40,795 bases of DNA from Candidatus Sumerlaeota bacterium (GTDB taxonomy: Bacteria; Sumerlaeota; Sumerlaeia; JABWBI01), in assembly GCA_016928695.1 (NCBI GenBank), contig JAFGKF010000116.1:1-40795 (forward strand), in the 5' to 3' direction. The notes beneath the pieces were generated by a model. It saw only the letters and a list, made by a program, of their open reading frames with translations, was not told the DNA's origin and did no database searches. Of this stretch, positions 28,301 to 38,924 are shown in pieces. The position numbers were made by a program, and so were the translations under genes. Numbering within the stretch: position 1 is the stretch's first letter; every line of letters begins with the position of its first letter.

Positions 28301-30427
28301 ACGCTGTACCCGCCCGACGGCGTGAGCCGGGTGGGCGGCGAGATGTACGAGCTCGACGACATCACGGGCACCTTCATCGTCACGGGCAGCCAGGCCCAGA
28401 TCCAGCGCATCGAGCAGCTGGTGGCCGACCTGTCGACCGTCGAGGGGGCGCGGCCCCTGGTGACGCGCATCTTCCGTGTGCGCGAGGACGAGGGCGAGCA
28501 CATCCGCACCCTGGTCGAGGCGGTTCTCGAGACCGAGCGCTCGGCCGACACGCAGGCGTTCGAGCGGCGCATCATTCTGCAGGGCGAGAACCTGATCGTG
28601 CGGGCCACCGACCCCGAGCTGCGGCGCGTCGAGCAGCTGCTCGAGGAGTACAGCGACCGGGGCCTGGGCGAGCAGCTGGACGTGGCCACCTTCTCTCTGA
28701 TCCCGCGGCGCGTTCTGCAGGTCAACGAGGAGGTCGCCCGGACGCTGGCCGAGAGCATCAAGGAGACGGTCGAGGTGCTCCTCTACGCCGAGGGGGGGGC
28801 GCAGGCGGCGCGGGCGCAGGGCCGGCGGCTGTGGTACGATGAGTTCACGCTCCAGCTGACGATCACCGACACGCCGAGCAACATCGGCCGGGTCACGCGC
28901 TACATCACGTCGATCCCGGTCCTGGAGCCTCGGCGGACGACGCGGATCGTCTACCTGAACCACCAGACCCCCTCGGAGCTGGCGGGCAAGCTTGAGGACT
29001 TCCTCGACATCGAGATCCGCGGCGGGGGTGGCGGCTCATCGACGAGCGCGACGGGCGACGTGGTGGTGCGGACGCTGAGCGAGGACGACGAGCTCTCGTT
29101 CCGCGACATCCGGATCACTCTGATCAGCGTGGAGGAGAACGACATCGACGACGACCGCGACGAGGACGTGACGATGATCATCGACACGCTGAACTCGAGC
29201 GAGGAGCGGACGATCGAGGAGCTGCGCTCGGAGATCATCGAGGACTACCGCATCCGGATCGTCGAGGCCGACGCCGACGGGTCGGGCAGCGCGGAGATCG
29301 AGGTCACCTACGTCGGCAACCAGCAGAACCAGAACTTCCAGATCGATCCCCTGGAGGGGAGCAACCAGCAGCAGCAGCAGGAGGGCGACACCACCGATCA
29401 GACGACCGGCACCGAGGATGACCGCATCCCGATCGTCCAGGCGGACGACGAGGCGGGGTCGATCCTGATCTCGGTGGTGAATCCGGGCGATCTCGCGCTG
29501 ATCGAGGAGGCCATTCAGCTGCTCGACGTCCCGATTCTCCAGGCATCGATCGAGACGAAGTTCGTCGAGGTCAACGAGAACCGCGCCCGCGAGCTCAAGA
29601 GCGAGATCTCCCTCGCGGGGATCGGCCGGGAGGGGATCAACTTCAGCGACTCCTTCTTCTCGGCCCGCTACGCCCAGGACACCGACGAGTTCCGCAACAT
29701 CTTCGAGCCGGCGCTCGAGAGCCCGACCAATGCGAATCTGCCCAAGGGCACAACCGTCCTCTCGCTGATCACCGGCGGGAGATCCCCCCTGACATGGGAG
29801 CTGGCCTTCCTCGAGGCCGAGGGCGTGATCAACACCGTCAATGGTCCCTTCGTCACGGCGGTCAACCGCGAGCGGGCCCAGTTCGAGATCACCCAGCAGT
29901 ACAACGTGTTCGGATCGATCGCCGGCGTCAGCACCACAAGCGGCACCGACAGCCAGAATCAGACGACCACGGGGACCGCGGGCGTGGGCGCCAACCTGCT
30001 CGACCGCGAGCTGGTTGACCTGGACGTGGAACCCATCATCTTCCGGTCAGGCTACATGGAGCTCGAGATCAACGTCGACATCTCGAACTTCACGAACAAT
30101 CTCGGCCAGCTGATCACCACCACCGGTGCCATTCAGACCGCCGATCAGGGCGGGGGGCTCGGACTCAGTGAGGATGCCGTGCGAAACATCTTCGGCGTCT
30201 ACTCGAACAACCTCAAGCAGCTCGACACGGTGGCGCGCGTGCGCGACGGCGGGACGATCATCCTCGGCGGCTGGACCCTCGAGCGCGTGACCCAGACGTC
30301 GTCGGGCATTCCGGTGCTGAGGAACCTGCCCTACGTCGGGCAGCTCTTCTTCTCGCGCAATCAGGACTTCCTCGAGCGGCTGACGCTGCTCATCTTCCTG
30401 ACGGCGCGCATCGTCGAATTCGAGTGA
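25319..30427 (+). CDS. Giant secretin (PilQ/GspD family) with long N-terminal TPR/helical-repeat region, 1702 aa
   Basis: ATG 25319 begins a signal peptide (...LAPSAMA-Q). About 850 aa of TPR-like repeats, STN/N0 domain near 27980, N3-type repeats, and secretin C-domain (RVRDGGTIILGG, SGIPVLRNLPYVGQLFF, LLIFLTARIV). Confidence 0.9.
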   Translation: MQVTKAHHLRRFCALGLTLVLATLAPSAMAQTTAGAPISQVADLLAQGDQAFQIRDYESALRHYATAAQVDPDSPLVVERLQEAQRREAARQRLLLTVPAEPQAREQFLERRHQQALALLHDNRLEAAAQRFEEIFFVDPDYRRVRRQLERLDAQLAAEGLASFTELPTVSPGGAAQPVLPEDETRIAQIERAESEAETAARRAAEAVQSERDRAAEVLSEATISQALRDGRRALRRDEYTEAIRHAETVLALDPANATAQRLIEDATAERDAHAMAERRAEQTAANEEQEQRIEDLLEQAEEYLEDERFAEAISTAEMVFEIEVDNAEAQRFIAQVNEAAQEAEREALERQAREREEQISDLLRSGRRSLRRDNFEEAQTAAEQALAMDPSNAEAAELLSQAQAGAAAVAQEAAARDLAEQVDALLDQARQCLRDDDYQAAIDAANSALALDAENERARALIADAQREMAVAADAAQERQLEGLLDQARRSLRADECEAAIATANQVLAIDAENDEARELIADAQREMAAAAAEQAAAQNAQRVAELIDSARAAMDAGENEAALEMLREAESLDPGNRGISRMIRRAESAIADAQREAQEAEQVQRQETEEADQARAEALEDALRLADRALRRERYEEAIEHYQAALAVAPDDAAAAEGLANAEQALAAIQAAEATTQEAEAQIAAGEAALREGDLDAAEAAFQMAGALVPGLEAAQEGLGQVAQAREEAMERAQLEAMREAREREDQMRAQSEQRLAEAQSLLQAGRLNEAEGAVRESLALWPENTRAQSTLGQIDRMREQAAQAEVDREARNREALVSGLLAEGRQAYDQGDVVAAVESWTRVVEIDPNNDYALTLLENTEAEHRGALALERAEADQMAREQEMLERLSTPISITTPSEGTPLQVFLENISIFTDLNFVIADGVEVQVTGAFVEQPLRRVLDSVITNNGLSWTVEDTIISITPNLVTRMWTLTSEDTASLVVFRDSGMLDRTLYPPDGVSRVGGEMYELDDITGTFIVTGSQAQIQRIEQLVADLSTVEGARPLVTRIFRVREDEGEHIRTLVEAVLETERSADTQAFERRIILQGENLIVRATDPELRRVEQLLEEYSDRGLGEQLDVATFSLIPRRVLQVNEEVARTLAESIKETVEVLLYAEGGAQAARAQGRRLWYDEFTLQLTITDTPSNIGRVTRYITSIPVLEPRRTTRIVYLNHQTPSELAGKLEDFLDIEIRGGGGGSSTSATGDVVVRTLSEDDELSFRDIRITLISVEENDIDDDRDEDVTMIIDTLNSSEERTIEELRSEIIEDYRIRIVEADADGSGSAEIEVTYVGNQQNQNFQIDPLEGSNQQQQQEGDTTDQTTGTEDDRIPIVQADDEAGSILISVVNPGDLALIEEAIQLLDVPILQASIETKFVEVNENRARELKSEISLAGIGREGINFSDSFFSARYAQDTDEFRNIFEPALESPTNANLPKGTTVLSLITGGRSPLTWELAFLEAEGVINTVNGPFVTAVNRERAQFEITQQYNVFGSIAGVSTTSGTDSQNQTTTGTAGVGANLLDRELVDLDVEPIIFRSGYMELEINVDISNFTNNLGQLITTTGAIQTADQGGGLGLSEDAVRNIFGVYSNNLKQLDTVARVRDGGTIILGGWTLERVTQTSSGIPVLRNLPYVGQLFFSRNQDFLERLTLLIFLTARIVEFE
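26593..26907 (+). repeat. Intragenic 177-nt (59-aa) tandem duplication in the secretin TPR region
   Basis: GCTGATCGCCGATGCCCAG.G.GAGATGGC occurs at 26701 and 26878; flanking codons also align. Confidence 0.75.
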
Positions 30428-30451
30428 GGCGGGGCCCATCCCCCCCTCAGG

Positions 30452-30477
30452 GCGCCGCCACCGGGCGGCGCTTTTTT
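30452..30477 (+). terminator. Rho-independent terminator after the secretin
   Basis: GCGCCGCC-ACCG-GGCGGCGC-TTTTTT. Confidence 0.88.
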
Positions 30478-30529
30478 CTTGACGGTCTGGAAGGGCTGTC
30501 ATTGAGTGGGGGTGAGTCCTCAGACGAAA

Positions 30530-30691
30530 GGGCTCGATGGAGTTGTCGGCGTCTGGCTGATGACCTGTTGAGCGCTCTCCTTCCACTCCCCGCGGACACA
30601 GTGAGCTCGGACCCTCAGGGGGGTCCCGCCTCGGTTTCAGAGTTGTGATGTGCCGCAGAGGCTCGGTTCCGGAGGAGCGCTCTTCGAGTTC
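30530..30691. other. Candidate structured RNA or leader upstream of polA
   Basis: Nested stems GAGCGCTC(TCC)/(GGAG)GAGCGCTC, CCCCGCGG/CCGCAGAG and GGACCC/GGGTCC; family not recognised. Confidence 0.3.
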
Positions 30692-30729
30692 AATCCCCGA
30701 ACGCATCGGATCGACCGTTGCCCCGAGCC

Positions 30730-33444
30730 ATGAGCTCTCACACCCTTCATCTGATCGATGGCCACAGCCAGGTTTTCCGGGCGTATCACGCCATCCCGGC
30801 CACGCTGTCGAGCTCGACACTCGGTGTCCAGACCAACGCCATCTTCGGCTTCCTGATGGGCCTCAATGCCCTGATCCGGGAGGAGAGGCCGACCCATCTG
30901 ATCGTCACCTTCGACGCGGGCCACGACGGCCGCACCGCCCTGTTCCCCGGTTACAAGGCCAACCGCGATGAGATGCCCGAGGACCTGGCGGAGCAGATGC
31001 CCTGGATCGAGCGGGTGCTCGATGCGCTGGGGATCCCCGTCGTCCGCCGCGAGGGCGAGGAGGCCGATGATCTGATCGCCACCCTGACGCGGCAGGCGCG
31101 GGAGCGGGGCTTCGATGTGGCGATCATCTCCAACGACAAGGATCTCTTTCAGCTGGTCGATGACCACGTCACTGTCCTGCGCACACAGCCGCGGGGCGGG
31201 ACGGCGCGCTGCGATGTGGCGGCTGTGCGCGAGAAGATGGGGGTCGAGCCGTCGCAGATCACCGACCTTCTGGGCCTGATGGGCGACGCGGTCGACTGCA
31301 TCCCGGGCGTGCCCGGGGTGGGGCCCAAGACGGCTGCCAAGCTCCTGAACGAGCACGGCGACCTGGAGTCGGTGCTCGCCGCCGCGGAGTCGGTGAAGCA
31401 GCCGAAGCTGCGCGAGCGGCTGATCGCTCACGCCGACGATGCCCGCCTCTCACGGCGCCTGGCGGCGCTGGATTTCGCGACCGATGTGGTCTTTGATCCC
31501 GATCAGTGTGCCTGGTCGCTCACCCCCTCGCAGGGGCTGACCGAGCTGCTGCGCCAGCTCGAGATGCGTGCGCTGCTCGAGGAGTGGGGAGACGGCGGCA
31601 CCCCTGCGGAGGGGACGCCCGGGGCCGAGACGCCAGGGACCGAGTGGGAGATCCTGTCCGACGAGCCGGCGCTCAGGGCCTGGGTGGAGCGGATGGCGGG
31701 CGCGCCGATGCTCGCCCTCGACACCGAGACGACGGACCTCGATGTCATGCGTGCCGACCTGGTCGGCATCTCGCTCTGCGCCGAGGAGGGCCGGGCCGTC
31801 TACATCCCGGTCGGTCACACGTCGCTTGGGGTGCCCATCGAGGGCCAGCTGCCGCTCGAGAGGGTCCGGGAGCTGCTCGGACCGCCCCTGGCCGACCCGT
31901 CCGTGCCCAAGTGCGGGCATCATCTGAAGTTCGATCTCAAGGTTCTCCGCCGGGCGGGGTTCGAGGTGGGAGGCATCGCCTTCGACACGCTTGTGGCCTC
32001 TCACATGCTCAATCCCGACAGTCGGGGCCATGGCCTCAAGGAGCTCAGCCTCGAGCGCCTCGGGGTGCGCCAGACACCGATCGAGGACCTGATCGGGTCG
32101 GGGAAGAGCCAGATCTCGATGGCGGAGGTGGCCATCGAGCGGGTGGCCCCCTATGCCGCGCAGGATGCCGACATGACCCTGCGCCTGTGGCGCCAGCTCC
32201 GCGCCGAGCTGGAGAAGGCGGGGCTGCTCGATCTCTTCGAGACGCTGGAGGTGCCGCTGATCGAGGTTCTCGCCCAGATGGAGCTCGATGGGGTGGCGAT
32301 CGATCCCAAGCACTTCGGGGCCCTGAGGGGGGAGCTCACCGAGCGGCTCGCGGCGATCACGGACGAGATCCACGCGATCGCGGGCCATGAGTTCAACATC
32401 AGCTCCACCCCCCAGCTTCGGACGGTGCTCTTCGAGGAGCTGGGGTTGCCGGTCCAGCGAAAGGGCAAGACGGGCCCCTCGACCGATGTGGGCGTGCTGG
32501 AGACGCTGGCGACCATGCACCCCCTGCCCGAGAAGATCCTCGAGCACCGGTCCCTCGAGAAGCTGCTCACGACCTATGTCGAGGCACTTCCGGGGCTCGT
32601 CAGCCCCGAGACGGGGCGGATCCACACGACGTATCACCTGGGCGTGGCCGCCACGGGGCGCCTCTCGTCGAGCGACCCCAATCTTCAGAACATCCCCGTT
32701 CGCTCGGAGATGGGGCGGCGCATCCGGCGGGGGTTCGTCCCGCGGGCGGAGGGCAATGTCTTTCTCGCGGCGGACTACTCGCAGATCGAGCTGCGCATCG
32801 CGGCGCACCTCAGCGGGGACGAGGCGATGCTCCGCGCCTTCCGCGAGGGGGGAGATTTTCACCGCGCGACGGCGGCACGCGTCCATGGCATCGGGATGGA
32901 CGACGTCACACCCGACCAGCGTGAGGCGGCGAAGCGGGTGACGTTCGGGATCCTCTATGGCATCTCGGCCCACCGCCTCTCGAACGAGCTGAGGATCTCC
33001 CGCGATGAGGCCAAGGGCCTGATCGAGCAGACGTTCGAGAGCTTTTCCGGCCTGAGGGCGTGGATGGACCGCACGCTGGAGGAGGCGCGTGCCAGTGGAT
33101 TCGTCACCACGCTTCTCGGGCGGCGCCGCTTTGTCCGCGACCTCGGGTCGAAGAACTTCAATCTGCGCTCGGCGGCCGAGCGGGTGGCGATCAACACGCC
33201 CGTCCAGGGCTCGGCGGCCGACCTGATCAAGAGGGCCATGCTGCTCCTCGCCACGCGCCTGAGAGACGAGGGCCTGCCCGCAAAGATGGTCCTGCAGGTC
33301 CACGACGAGCTGATCTTTGACCTCCCCGAGGGGGAGGTCGACACCCTGCGCCCCGTCGTCGTCGAGACGATGGCCGGGGCGCTTCCCCTCGCGGTGCCCG
33401 TGGTCGTCGACGTCAAAGTCGGCGCCACCTGGGCGGACTGCTGA
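30730..33444 (+). CDS. polA: DNA polymerase I
   Basis: [14 protein letters not shown] 5'-3' exonuclease; ALDTETT 3'-5' exonuclease; [43 protein letters not shown]. Confidence 0.98.
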   Translation: MSSHTLHLIDGHSQVFRAYHAIPATLSSSTLGVQTNAIFGFLMGLNALIREERPTHLIVTFDAGHDGRTALFPGYKANRDEMPEDLAEQMPWIERVLDALGIPVVRREGEEADDLIATLTRQARERGFDVAIISNDKDLFQLVDDHVTVLRTQPRGGTARCDVAAVREKMGVEPSQITDLLGLMGDAVDCIPGVPGVGPKTAAKLLNEHGDLESVLAAAESVKQPKLRERLIAHADDARLSRRLAALDFATDVVFDPDQCAWSLTPSQGLTELLRQLEMRALLEEWGDGGTPAEGTPGAETPGTEWEILSDEPALRAWVERMAGAPMLALDTETTDLDVMRADLVGISLCAEEGRAVYIPVGHTSLGVPIEGQLPLERVRELLGPPLADPSVPKCGHHLKFDLKVLRRAGFEVGGIAFDTLVASHMLNPDSRGHGLKELSLERLGVRQTPIEDLIGSGKSQISMAEVAIERVAPYAAQDADMTLRLWRQLRAELEKAGLLDLFETLEVPLIEVLAQMELDGVAIDPKHFGALRGELTERLAAITDEIHAIAGHEFNISSTPQLRTVLFEELGLPVQRKGKTGPSTDVGVLETLATMHPLPEKILEHRSLEKLLTTYVEALPGLVSPETGRIHTTYHLGVAATGRLSSSDPNLQNIPVRSEMGRRIRRGFVPRAEGNVFLAADYSQIELRIAAHLSGDEAMLRAFREGGDFHRATAARVHGIGMDDVTPDQREAAKRVTFGILYGISAHRLSNELRISRDEAKGLIEQTFESFSGLRAWMDRTLEEARASGFVTTLLGRRRFVRDLGSKNFNLRSAAERVAINTPVQGSAADLIKRAMLLLATRLRDEGLPAKMVLQVHDELIFDLPEGEVDTLRPVVVETMAGALPLAVPVVVDVKVGATWADC

Positions 33445-33518
33445 GGGACCAACCCACACCACGGCGTGGCCCCGGACGGCCGGGTGACGCGCCCTGCATG
33501 AGAGGCCAGGAGACAGCC

Positions 33519-35698
<2,180 letters not shown>

Positions 35699-35705
<7 letters not shown>

Positions 35706-36817
35706 CCCGATGAGCGATCACCCGGGGGGGACAGAATCCATCCCCCCGCGACGACCGTCTCGTCGGCCTCGTCGCAGATGACGGCCGCCTGCCCGGGAGC
35801 GATGGAGCGCTGGGGCTCCTCGAAGAGGACCTCGAAGCACGTCTCCCCCGTCGGCCTCAGGCGGCAGGGGGCGGCAACGTGCCGGGCGCGGATCTGGGCG
35901 CGGAGGCGGCGGCCCTCCAGCGCCTCGGGCGGCTCGTGCCAGATCACCCCTCCGGCGCTCAGGCGATCGCCGAGCGTCTCATCTCCCTCGCCCAGGATGA
36001 CCGTGTTGGACTCGGGTCGGATCTCGAGCACATAGAGGGGTCTCGGCGCGCTGATCCCCAGGCCTCGGCGCTGGCCCACCGTGTAGTGGGCGATGCCCCG
36101 GTGGGTGCCGAGTCTCTGGCCATCGGTCGTCATGAAAGGGCCGGGCTGCAGCGCGGCGTCGCTCTCCTCCACGCGGCTTCGCAGGAAGTCACGGTAGTCG
36201 CCGCTCGGGATGAAACAGATCTCCGCGCTGTCGGGCTTGTCGGCCACCGGAAGCCCCAGGGCGCGGGCCTGCTCGCGCACTTCGCCCTTGGTCAGGTTTC
36301 CCAGGGGGGTCAGGAAAAGGGCCAGCTGCTCCTGGGTGAGGCTGAAGAGATAGTAGGTCTGGTCCTTGGCGCGATGGCGGGGGCGGCGGAGACGCCATCG
36401 CCCCTCTCCGTCGCGCTCGACCCGAGCGTAGTGCCCCGTGGCGACGGCCGAGGCGCCGTAGATCGAGGCCTTCTTCAGAATCGTCCCCAGCTTCAGCCGC
36501 TCGTTGCAGAGCACACAGGGGATGGGGGTTTGCCCGGAGCGGTAGGCCTCGACGAAGGGGGTGATCACCTCGCGCTCGAACACCTCCTCAAGGTCCAAGA
36601 CATAGAGGGGGATCCCGAGGCGCCGGGCGACCGCCTGGGCGTCGCGGATATCCGCGGGTGAGCAGCAGGACTTGGTGAAGCCCTCGCCCGTGGGGTGGTG
36701 CCAAACCCGCATGTGGAGGCCCACGGTCTCGTGGCCGACAGCGCGCAGCAGGGCGGCTGCGACGGCGCTGTCGACGCCGCCGCTCATGGCGACAAGGGTG
36801 CGGGGACGGGTGCTCAT
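35699..36817 (-). CDS. mnmA: tRNA 2-thiouridylase MnmA
   Basis: [54 protein letters not shown]. Confidence 0.96.
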
Positions 36818-36846
36818 GGGGTCGTCTCGGGGTGGCGGCTCAGCTG

Positions 36847-36875
36847 TTGACAGGGTCGCCGGGGGGACCGATCAT
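36847..36875 (+). promoter_or_regulatory. Possible promoter for the ABC operon
   Basis: TTGACA-17 nt-GATCAT in the divergent intergenic region. Confidence 0.35.
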
Positions 36876-36998
36876 CTGCGCCGCTGTGCGAGGACGAGGG
36901 CATTTTGCCTGGGCGCAGGTCACAGAACCAGAAGAAATCACCCCGCTCCGGTGTCGTTTGATCCCAAAGAGCGGAAGAGTGAGGTTGAGACGCAGAGC

Positions 36999-38006
36999 AT
37001 GGACAACGTCATCGTCACGCAACACCTGTCCAAGATCTACGTTCAGGACTTCCTGACGTTCGAGAGTGGACGCCCCCGGCTCAATCTCCGGCGTGAGACG
37101 AAACGGCGCGAGGCCCTGAGGGACCTGAACTTGGAGGTCCGGCGGGGCGAGATCTTCGGCCTGATCGGCCCCAATGGGGCAGGGAAGACGACGGCCATCA
37201 AGATCCTCATGGGCATCCACTTTCCCACGCGGGGGTCTGCGAAGATCCTGGGCCGCCCCCTGGGCGACAAGTGGGCCAAGGCGCAGATCGGCTATCTGCC
37301 CGAGAACCCCTACTTCTACGACTATCTGACCGGTGGCGAGTTTCTCGACTACTACGGCCGCCTCTACGGAATGGGGCGCTCTCAGCGCCGCGCCAAGATC
37401 CCGGAGCTGCTGGAGCGCGTCGGACTCACGGCCTCGGTGTCGATCCCGCTGCGGGGGTACTCCAAGGGGATGCTGCAGCGCATCGGCATCGCCCAGGCGT
37501 TGCTCAACGACCCGGAGATCGTGGTGCTCGACGAGCCCCAGTCGGGCCTGGACCCGATCGGCCGCAAGGAGATCCGCGACATCATCCTCTCGCTGCGGGA
37601 GCAGGGCAAAACGGTCTTCTTCTCCTCCCACATTCTCCAGGACGCCGAGATGATCTGCGACCGGGTGGGGATTCTCCACCTGGGCGATCTGGTCAAGATC
37701 GGGCGCCTGGAGGAGCTGCTGACGGCGCAGGTCAGCGAGTTCGAGATCGTGGCCAGCGGCATGAGAGCCGAGGCGATCGCGGAGGTCGAGCGGACCTCCA
37801 AGCGCACGCTGCGCCGCGCCGACGATGTCCTCTTCATCATCGAGAGACGCGGTGACGCGGACGCGGCGCTGGCGAAGATCAGCGCCTGCGGCGGGACGCT
37901 CCTCTCCTTCACCCCGCGCAAGGAGACGCTCGAGGACATCTTCCTCAAGCAGGTCGGGCGGGGGACGCGCGAGGTCGCGGGTGCGTCCCGGGGGGAGGTG
38001 GCCTGA
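36999..38006 (+). CDS. ABC transporter ATP-binding protein (PilH/XapD-like)
   Basis: Start MDNVIV. GPNGAGKTT, GYLPENPYFYDYLTG, YSKGMLQRIG, VLDEP, FSSH. Confidence 0.92.
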   Translation: MDNVIVTQHLSKIYVQDFLTFESGRPRLNLRRETKRREALRDLNLEVRRGEIFGLIGPNGAGKTTAIKILMGIHFPTRGSAKILGRPLGDKWAKAQIGYLPENPYFYDYLTGGEFLDYYGRLYGMGRSQRRAKIPELLERVGLTASVSIPLRGYSKGMLQRIGIAQALLNDPEIVVLDEPQSGLDPIGRKEIRDIILSLREQGKTVFFSSHILQDAEMICDRVGILHLGDLVKIGRLEELLTAQVSEFEIVASGMRAEAIAEVERTSKRTLRRADDVLFIIERRGDADAALAKISACGGTLLSFTPRKETLEDIFLKQVGRGTREVAGASRGEVA

Positions 38007-38911
38007 TGGACAAGGTTTTCGCCATCGCCCAGAACACCTTCAAGGAGGCGATCCGCAACCGGGTGATGTATGTCATCCTGGTCTTCGCCATCCTCTTCAT
38101 CCTGACCGGCGTCGTCGTCAAGGACCTGACCATCGCCGCCCACGGCCTTGTGATCCGCGCCATTGGGCTGTGGGCGATCAATGTGTTCGGTCTGATCCTC
38201 GCCCTTCTGCTGGGCATCGGGCTGGTCTACACCGAGCTCGACAAGAAGACGATCTACACGATCGTCTCGAAGCCGATCGACCGCTGGCAGTTCCTCCTGG
38301 GCAAATACCTGGGGCTGCTGCTCACGCTCTACCTGATCGTCGTGGTGATGTCGGCGGTCTTCCTGGTCGAGATCCATCTGCTCAACCGCCAGATCCAGGA
38401 CCCACACTTCGGGCTGGCGATGCTGATGAGTCTCAAGGCGATTTTCCTGGGGTGCGTGGAGCTCGCCGTGGTCGTGGCCTTCGCCCTGCTCTTCTCCTCG
38501 TTCTCCTCCCCCGTGCTCTCGGGCTTCATGACGCTGATGGTGATCGTCGCCGGCAGGCTCAACGAGGACATCGAGCGCTTCGCCCAGAAGATCATCGCGG
38601 GATTCGAGGGGGGCGGAGAGGTCGCCAAGCAGGGATTCCTCGCGGGGATGGCCTTCCTGCGGGACCCCGCGACGGGGGCCACGATCTTCGATCAGATCAA
38701 GTTTCTCTTCGCGAAGGGGACGGCGCTCGTCTTCCCCAACTTCGAGCTCTTCAACGCGCGCACCCTGGCGCTCCACTTCGACACGGTCGATGTCAACATC
38801 CTGAAGATGATCACCGTCAGCACGTCCGACGCCCTGATCTACGCCGTGCCCTACACGGCGTCGGTCCTGCTGCTGGCCATGTTCCTCTTCGGGCGACGCA
38901 ACTTCCGGTGA
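38006..38911 (+). CDS. ABC-2 type permease (PilI/XapB-like)
   Basis: AIAQNTFKEAIRNR, ELDKKTIYTIVSKPIDRWQFLLGKYLG; multiple TMs; C-terminal FGRRNF. Confidence 0.88.
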   Translation: MDKVFAIAQNTFKEAIRNRVMYVILVFAILFILTGVVVKDLTIAAHGLVIRAIGLWAINVFGLILALLLGIGLVYTELDKKTIYTIVSKPIDRWQFLLGKYLGLLLTLYLIVVVMSAVFLVEIHLLNRQIQDPHFGLAMLMSLKAIFLGCVELAVVVAFALLFSSFSSPVLSGFMTLMVIVAGRLNEDIERFAQKIIAGFEGGGEVAKQGFLAGMAFLRDPATGATIFDQIKFLFAKGTALVFPNFELFNARTLALHFDTVDVNILKMITVSTSDALIYAVPYTASVLLLAMFLFGRRNFR

Positions 38912-38924
38912 GAGGCGTGACGGG

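Noticed and set aside
30520-30570. Hammerhead-like words GAAA...GTC...CTGATGA
   Set aside because: Stems I and II cannot form and the core-flanking pairs mismatch; CAGACG/CGTCTG pairing explains the region better.
30634-30650. GTTTCAGAGTTGTGATG resembling the start of a type II CRISPR repeat
   Set aside because: Single copy, no spacers, no cas genes.
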